From the NCBI GenBank assembly GCA_963764715.1, contig CAVXTP010000006.1:128001-192000 (forward strand): a stretch of DNA of 64,000 nucleotides. The letters run 5' to 3'. The first letter of the stretch is position 1; each line of letters opens with the position of its first letter. The notes beneath the pieces were generated by a model. It did not search any database and was not told where the DNA came from. It saw nothing but the letters and a program-made list of their open reading frames with translations. The DNA comes from an uncultured Acidobacteriota bacterium. GTDB lineage: Bacteria; Acidobacteriota; Thermoanaerobaculia; UBA5066; Gp7-AA6. Both the position numbers and the translations under genes were made by a program. This document shows, piece by piece, positions 58,390 to 64,000 of this stretch.

Positions 58390-58410
58390 AGATCGAAAAA
58401 GGAGACCTCC

Positions 58411-60897
58411 ATGTCGACCCTCGGACAGGACCTGCGTTACGCGCTCCGCACCCTCCGCAAGAGTCCTGGCTTCGCGGCCGTCGCGATCGGCACGCTCGCC
58501 CTGGGGATCGGGGCGAACGCCGCCATCTTCTCGGTCGTGAACACCGTGCTCCTGAAGCCCCTGCCCTTCGACCGGGCCGGTGAGCTCGTCCGCGTGACGT
58601 CGGACTTCACGCGCCGCGGCACCACCGACGTCGGCCTGTCGGCGCCCGAGCTCTTCGACTACCGCGACCGGTCGGGCGTCTTTTCGGCGATCTCCGGGCT
58701 CTACCCCATCACGGCCAACGTCACCGGCGGCGACCGCCCCGAGCGGGTCGAGACGCTGCTCGTCGACGTCGATTACTTCGACATCCTCGGCGTCAAGCCG
58801 CAGGTGGGCCGCCTCTTCGAGAAGAAGGACTACGACCCCGGCATCGCCGACTTCGTGGTCCTCTCGGACGGTTTCTGGCGGCGCCGGTTCGGAGCGGATC
58901 CGGGCGTCATCGGCAAGCCCCTGCGGATCGACGACGACCTCTGCACGATCCTGGGCGTGCTCCCTCCGGGCTTCCGCCATCCCGGGCGAGTGATCGAAAC
59001 GGAGGTCGAAGTCTGGGCCCCGTCGGGCTGGCTCGGCCCTCCCTTCCAGGGACCCAACCGTCGCGGCTACTTCCTTCAGGGCGCGCTCGGTCGGCTGAAG
59101 CCCGGCGTGACGCCGGCGGCGGCGCAGGCGCGCCTCGACGCCCTCGCCGGGGAGCTGCGCCGCGAGTACGGGAGCGACTACCCCGAGAACGACGGCTGGG
59201 CGCCGCGCCTCGTTCCCCTCCAGGACGATCTCGTGGGCGGCGTCCGCCCCGCGCTGATGGTGCTGCTCGCGGCCGTCGGCCTCGTCCTCCTGATCGGGTG
59301 CGCGAACGTCGCGAACCTCCAGCTCGCGCGCGCCTCGGCCCGGCGCCGCGAAATCGCCGTCCGCCAGGCGCTCGGCGCGTCGCGCGCGCGCCTCATCCGG
59401 CAGTTGCTGACCGAGAGTCTCGTCGTCGCGCTGCTGGGCGGCGCCCTCGGACTTCTCCTCGCCGCGTTCGGCGTCGATCTCCTGATGCGGCTCTCGCCGG
59501 CGAGCATCCTCCGGCTTCCCGAGGTGGGCATCGACCGGTCCGTGCTGCTCTTTACCCTCGGCGCCTCCCTGCTCACGGGAATCGTCTTCGGGATCACGCC
59601 CGCCCTTCAGGGCTCCAGCGCCGGCCTCGGCGAGGCGCTCAACGAAGGCTCCCGCGGGGCGTCCGGCCGCCGCGGCAAACGGGTCCGGTCGCTCCTCGTC
59701 GTCACCGAGTTCGCGCTCGCGCTCGTGCTCCTCGTGGGCGCGGGCCTGCTCGTGCGCACGCTGTGGCGGCTGCAGAAGGTCGACGTGGGCTTCCAGCCGA
59801 CGAACGTGACGACCGCCAGCCTCTGGCTCCCGCAGCCCGACATCCGTGAAAACGGGAGGTACAACGAGAGCTCCGCGCAGGCCGCCTTCTACCGCAAGGC
59901 CCTCGAGCGGATCCGGGCATTGCCCGGGGTGGAGGCTGCCGGCGCGACGAGCGTCCCGTTCAACACCCGTCCGTTCACGACGCGGCTCCAGATCGAGGGA
60001 CGCGACCCCGAGCGCGACGGGACCGCCGTGGCCGCCGGCTCGAGCGCTTCGACCGGTTACTTCCGGACCCTCGGCGTTCCCCTCAAGGCCGGGCGCGACT
60101 TCGATGAGCGCGACGCCGAGGGCGGAGAGCCCGTCATGATCGTCAGCGAGACCTTCGCGCGCCGCTTCTTCCCGAGCGAGGACCCGATCGGCAAGCGCCT
60201 TCGCTTTCCGGGCCGCCCGCTGCAGCGCCAGGTCGTGAACGGCGACAAGCCGGCCCCCTGGATGACGATCGTCGGCGTCGTCGGCGACGTGAAGACGGAA
60301 TCGCTCACGCTCGACGGCCGACCGGCCTTCTATCGGCCGCTCCTCCAGGCGTCGAACGCCCTCTTCACCTTCGTGATCCGCGGCGCGTCCCCGCCCTCGA
60401 CGCTCGGCCCGCAGATCGACGCCGCGGTCCGCTCGCTCGACACCGAGTTGCCGGTCTTCGCGGTGCGCACGATGAGCGAGGCCATGGCGGCGACCGTCGA
60501 GGAGCGTCGCTTCGCGATGCAGCTGCTCGCGATCTTCGCCGCCGCCGCGCTCGCCCTCTCGGCCGTCGGCATCTACGGCGTGATCGCCTACGGAGTCGCG
60601 CAGCGCACCCGGGAGATCGGCATCCGCATGGCGCTCGGAGCGCGTCCGTCGGACGTTCGGCGGATGCTGCTCGCGGAGGGCGCGAAGCTCGCCGGCGCCG
60701 GCGTGGCACTCGGGCTCGCCGGGTCGGTCCTGCTGACGCAGGCGATGTCGGCGCTGCTCTACGGCGTCGGCCCCCGCGACCCCATGACCCTGGCGGCCGT
60801 CCCGGCGGTGCTGGCCGCGGTCGCCCTCGCGGCCACGTTCTTCCCGGCCCGACGGGCGAGCCGGGTCGATCCGACGACCGCGCTGCGCGCCGAATAG
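58411..60897 (+). CDS. ADOP-type duplicated ABC permease #10
   Basis: 828 aa with family motifs; ends RVDPTTALRAE. Confidence 0.92.
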   Translation: MSTLGQDLRYALRTLRKSPGFAAVAIGTLALGIGANAAIFSVVNTVLLKPLPFDRAGELVRVTSDFTRRGTTDVGLSAPELFDYRDRSGVFSAISGLYPITANVTGGDRPERVETLLVDVDYFDILGVKPQVGRLFEKKDYDPGIADFVVLSDGFWRRRFGADPGVIGKPLRIDDDLCTILGVLPPGFRHPGRVIETEVEVWAPSGWLGPPFQGPNRRGYFLQGALGRLKPGVTPAAAQARLDALAGELRREYGSDYPENDGWAPRLVPLQDDLVGGVRPALMVLLAAVGLVLLIGCANVANLQLARASARRREIAVRQALGASRARLIRQLLTESLVVALLGGALGLLLAAFGVDLLMRLSPASILRLPEVGIDRSVLLFTLGASLLTGIVFGITPALQGSSAGLGEALNEGSRGASGRRGKRVRSLLVVTEFALALVLLVGAGLLVRTLWRLQKVDVGFQPTNVTTASLWLPQPDIRENGRYNESSAQAAFYRKALERIRALPGVEAAGATSVPFNTRPFTTRLQIEGRDPERDGTAVAAGSSASTGYFRTLGVPLKAGRDFDERDAEGGEPVMIVSETFARRFFPSEDPIGKRLRFPGRPLQRQVVNGDKPAPWMTIVGVVGDVKTESLTLDGRPAFYRPLLQASNALFTFVIRGASPPSTLGPQIDAAVRSLDTELPVFAVRTMSEAMAATVEERRFAMQLLAIFAAAALALSAVGIYGVIAYGVAQRTREIGIRMALGARPSDVRRMLLAEGAKLAGAGVALGLAGSVLLTQAMSALLYGVGPRDPMTLAAVPAVLAAVALAATFFPARRASRVDPTTALRAE

Positions 60898-60920
60898 GGG
60901 CGCGGTGGTAGATTCGCGCC

Positions 60921-61328
60921 GTGGTCGCCGAGGATCCCGGCCGGGTCGAGAAGACTCCCGAGGAGTGGCGCGCGGAGCTGACGCCGGAGCAGTACCGCAT
61001 CCTGCGCGAAAAGGGCACCGAGCGCGCCTTCACCGGCAGGTACTGGAATCACCACGCGCCCGGGACGTACGCCTGCGCCGCCTGCGGGAATCCCCTCTTC
61101 GATTCCGGGTCGAAGTTCGAGTCGGGGACGGGCTGGCCGAGCTTCACGACGCCGGCCTCCCCGGCGAGCGTGAAGACCCACGAGGACGCCAGCCTCTTCC
61201 TCTCCCGTACGGAGGTCCTGTGCCGGCGCTGCGACTCGCATCTCGGCCACGTCTTCGACGACGGGCCGGAACCGACGGGCCTGCGGTACTGCATGAACTC
61301 CGCCGCGCTCGACTTCCGGCCCCGGTGA
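60921..61328 (+). CDS. msrB: Peptide-methionine (R)-S-oxide reductase
   Basis: LTPEQYRILREKGTERAFTG, CAAC and CRRC Zn ligands, GWPSF, SHLGHVFDDGP and RYCMNS. Confidence 0.96.
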   Translation: MVAEDPGRVEKTPEEWRAELTPEQYRILREKGTERAFTGRYWNHHAPGTYACAACGNPLFDSGSKFESGTGWPSFTTPASPASVKTHEDASLFLSRTEVLCRRCDSHLGHVFDDGPEPTGLRYCMNSAALDFRPR

Positions 61329-61350
61329 CCCGGCTCCGGTCGCCGCTGCC

Positions 61351-62706
61351 ATGAACCGTGCGCCGCGCGTCCTGATCGCCGACGACCAGCGCGACGTCCT
61401 GGAGGCCCTGCGCCTGCTACTCAAGGGCGAAGGTCTCGAGTGCGAGACGGCGAGCTCGCCCTCCGGAGTCCTCGCCGCGCTCGAGTCGCGCGAGCGGGAC
61501 GCGGCGCTGATCGACCTGAACTACACGCGCGACACGACCTCGGGGCAGGAGGGCCTCGACCTGCTGGCGAAGATCCAGGAGATCGACCCGACCCTGCCGG
61601 TGATCGTCATGACGGCCTGGGGCACCGTCGACCTCGCCGTCGAGGCGATGCGCAAGGGCGCCCGCGACTTCGTGCAGAAGCCGTGGGACAACGCCCGGCT
61701 GCTGACGACGCTCCGCACGCAGATCGCCCTCGGCCAGGCCCTGCGCGTCGGCCAGCGGCTCGAGGCCGAGAACCGGATCCTGCGCCACGAGGGCTTCCCG
61801 TCGATGGTCGCGGCCTCTCCGGCGATGCGCCCGGTCCTCGACGTCGTCGCGCGCGTCGGCCCGTCGGACGCCAACGTCCTGATCACCGGGGACAACGGCA
61901 CCGGGAAGACGCTCGTGGCCCGGGCGCTCCATGCCGCCTCGCCCCGCGCCGCGCGCCCCTTCCTGACGCTGAACGCCGGCGGCATCTCCGAGGGCGTGTT
62001 CGAGAGCGAGCTCTTCGGCCACGTCAAGGGCGCATTCACCGACGCCCGCGCCGACCGCGTCGGCCGCTTCGAGCTCGCCGACGGCGGCACCCTCTTCCTC
62101 GACGAGATCGGCAACGTCCCCCTCTCGCAGCAGGGCAAGCTCCTGCGCGTCCTCGAGACCGGGGAGTTCGAGCGCGTGGGTTCCTCCCGGACGCGGCGCT
62201 GCGACGTGCGGATCCTCTCGGCGACCAACGCCAACCTCGGCGCCGAGGTCGCCTCCGGGCGGTTCCGCCAGGACCTCCTCTTCCGTCTGAACACGATCGA
62301 GATCCACGTGCCCTCGCTCGCCGAGCGCCGCGAGGACATTCCACTCCTCGCCCGGCAGTTCCTGAAGAGCCACGCCGAGCGCTATCGCAAGAACGTCGCG
62401 GGCTTCGAGCCCCCGGCGATGGAGGCGCTGCTCGCCCACCGCTGGCCGGGCAACGTGCGCGAGCTCGACCACGCCGTCGAGCGGGCCGTCCTGATGTCCG
62501 GGGGCGGCGCGATCCGCGCCGGCGACCTCGGCCTGAAGCGCGGGGCCGACGGGGCGCGGCTCGAGGACCTGTCGCTCGAGGAAGTCGAGAGCCTCCTCGT
62601 GCGCAAGGCCATGGACCGGTTCGGCGGCAACGTGAGCCAGGCGGCGAAGGCCCTGGGCCTTTCGCGCAGCGCCCTCTATCGCCGGCTCGAAAAGCACGGA
62701 CAATGA
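61351..62706 (+). CDS. Sigma54-dependent two-component response regulator (REC-AAA+-Fis HTH)
   Basis: LIADD and ALID receiver, GDNGTGKT Walker A, ESELFGHVKGAFTDA, LFLDEIG, FRQDLLFRL, WPGNVREL and HTH AAKALGLSRSALYRR. Confidence 0.95.
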   Translation: MNRAPRVLIADDQRDVLEALRLLLKGEGLECETASSPSGVLAALESRERDAALIDLNYTRDTTSGQEGLDLLAKIQEIDPTLPVIVMTAWGTVDLAVEAMRKGARDFVQKPWDNARLLTTLRTQIALGQALRVGQRLEAENRILRHEGFPSMVAASPAMRPVLDVVARVGPSDANVLITGDNGTGKTLVARALHAASPRAARPFLTLNAGGISEGVFESELFGHVKGAFTDARADRVGRFELADGGTLFLDEIGNVPLSQQGKLLRVLETGEFERVGSSRTRRCDVRILSATNANLGAEVASGRFRQDLLFRLNTIEIHVPSLAERREDIPLLARQFLKSHAERYRKNVAGFEPPAMEALLAHRWPGNVRELDHAVERAVLMSGGGAIRAGDLGLKRGADGARLEDLSLEEVESLLVRKAMDRFGGNVSQAAKALGLSRSALYRRLEKHGQ

Positions 62707-62710
62707 CTCC

Positions 62711-64000
62711 ATGGCCGCCCGCGCGCTGACGCACGAACGGCGGATCCTGCTCCTGGCGCTCTTCGCCGCGCTGCCCGCGATGGCGACGGCCCTCGTCCTG
62801 CTCTGGACCGGCGACTTCACTCCGAAGCTCCGCTGGACGCTGACCACGGTCCTCGTCCTCGCCTTCCTCGCGTTCACGCAGGCGCTGCGCGAGCGCGTGG
62901 TGCGCCCGCTCCAGACGGTCTCGAACCTGCTCGCGGCCATGCGGGAGGAGGACTTCTCGATCCGCGCGCGCGGCGCGCGTCCGGACGACCCGCTCGGCGA
63001 GGTGCTCCTCGAGGTCAACGCCCTGGCGGCGACGCTCCGGGAGCAACGCCTCGGCGCACTCGAGGCCACGGCGCTGCTATCGAAGGTCATGGCGGAGATC
63101 GACGTCGCGGTGTTCGCGTTCGACGAGCGCGGCGAGCTGCAGCTCGTCAACCGGTTCGGCGAGACGCTGCTCGGCCAGCCCGAGCCGCGGCTGCGCGGGC
63201 GGCGCGCCGAGGAGGTCGGCCTCGCCGCGTTTCTCGTCGACGGCGCGCCCCAGATCCGGGAGGCCGCGTTCCCCGGGCGGTCCGGGCGGTGGGAGATCCG
63301 GACGAGCACGTTCCGCCAGGGCGGCGCCCCCCACCGGCTGCTCGTCCTCGCCGACGTCAGCCGCCCACTGCGCGAGGAAGAGCGACAGGCGTGGCAGCGG
63401 CTCATCCGCGTGCTCGGACACGAGCTCAACAACTCGCTCGCCCCGATCCAGTCGATCGCCGGCAGCCTGCAGCGGCTCGCGAGCCAGAGCGAGCCGCCGG
63501 CCGACTGGCGCGACGATTTGCGCCGGGGCCTCTCGGTCATCGCCTCCCGCGCGGAGGCGCTCTCGCGCTTCACGTCGGCGTACGCCCGGCTCGCCCGGCT
63601 CCCGCCGCCCTCGCCGGCGCCGGTCGACGTGGGCAGCCTCCTCGCCCGGGTCGCGAGCCTCGAGCCGCGCCTGCCGGTCGGGGTCATTCCGGGGCCGTCC
63701 ATGACGGTCCAGGCCGACGCCGACCAGCTCGAGCAGCTCCTCATCAATCTCGTGCGCAACGCCGCCGACGCGGCGATCGAGACCCGGGGAGGCGTCGCCC
63801 TCGGGTGGAAGCGCGGGGCGCGCCAGGTCGAGATCTGGGTGGCCGACGACGGCCCCGGCCTCCCGACGACGACCAACCTCTTCGTGCCGTTCTTCACCAC
63901 GAAGCCCGGCGGCTCGGGGATCGGCCTCGTGCTCTCGCGCCAGATCGCCGAGGCCCACGGCGGGAGCCTCTCGCTCGAGAACCGGCGCGGCCATCACGGC
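62711..64000 (+). CDS. Sensor histidine kinase (NtrY-like; TM-HAMP-PAS-like-HisKA-HATPase), truncated at the window edge
   Basis: Manual translation from ATG 62711 (MAARALTHERRILLLALFAA). H-box RVLGHELNNSLAPI, N-box LINLVRNA, G1 DDGPG and FVPFFTTKPGGSGIGL. Confidence 0.9.
   Translation, partial: MAARALTHERRILLLALFAALPAMATALVLLWTGDFTPKLRWTLTTVLVLAFLAFTQALRERVVRPLQTVSNLLAAMREEDFSIRARGARPDDPLGEVLLEVNALAATLREQRLGALEATALLSKVMAEIDVAVFAFDERGELQLVNRFGETLLGQPEPRLRGRRAEEVGLAAFLVDGAPQIREAAFPGRSGRWEIRTSTFRQGGAPHRLLVLADVSRPLREEERQAWQRLIRVLGHELNNSLAPIQSIAGSLQRLASQSEPPADWRDDLRRGLSVIASRAEALSRFTSAYARLARLPPPSPAPVDVGSLLARVASLEPRLPVGVIPGPSMTVQADADQLEQLLINLVRNAADAAIETRGGVALGWKRGARQVEIWVADDGPGLPTTTNLFVPFFTTKPGGSGIGLVLSRQIAEAHGGSLSLENRRGHHG

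Noticed and set aside
35521-58980. Very long antisense and alternate-frame ORFs (e.g. 42850..48150, 51365..55738, 37850..40870 on minus; also 971..3160 and 24198..26315 on plus)
   Set aside because: Shadow ORFs expected in very GC-rich coding DNA. They are Arg/Pro/Gly-rich, show no family motifs and lie over clearly recognisable genes.

Overview
This is very GC-rich bacterial DNA; the ADOP-type permease array suggests Acidobacteriota (inference). There are three blocks. (1) 1-26339, minus strand: a large surface-polysaccharide locus that runs off the left edge. In transcription order it encodes a TPR protein, an outer-membrane beta-barrel, a short Wza/OPX, a Wzc tyrosine autokinase, a CpsB/CapC phosphatase, a hypothetical protein, a NusG-paralog antiterminator, a UDP-GlcNAc dehydrogenase and 4-epimerase, two Wzt ATPases with different C-terminal domains but one Wzm, two tandem PP-loop/Cys4 (QueC/MurL-like) proteins, a pyruvyl transferase, GT2/GT4 glycosyltransferases, two deacetylases and an AsnB-like protein. 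Many of these genes carry single-base insertions that look like long-read errors. (2) 26325-33364, plus strand: an O-antigen ligase-like gene overlapping the polysaccharide operon head-to-head, folD, a beta-propeller GINT1-N-like gene and a GT-C-like membrane gene (each preceded by a matching pair of palindromic boxes), an NAD-dependent epimerase and a secreted 29-aa-repeat protein. (3) 33388-64000, plus strand: a sigma54-type promoter (UAS palindrome, IHF site, -24/-12) ahead of one membrane-fusion adaptor, two ABC ATPases (one with a degenerate D-loop) and ten tandem ~800-aa MacB/FtsX duplicated permeases. Two tiny collapsed permease remnants sit inside this array. It is followed by msrB and a sigma54-dependent response regulator/sensor kinase pair (kinase truncated by the window edge). 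I saw no rRNA, tRNA, CRISPR array or transposase. All family assignments are from motif recognition by eye, not database searches.
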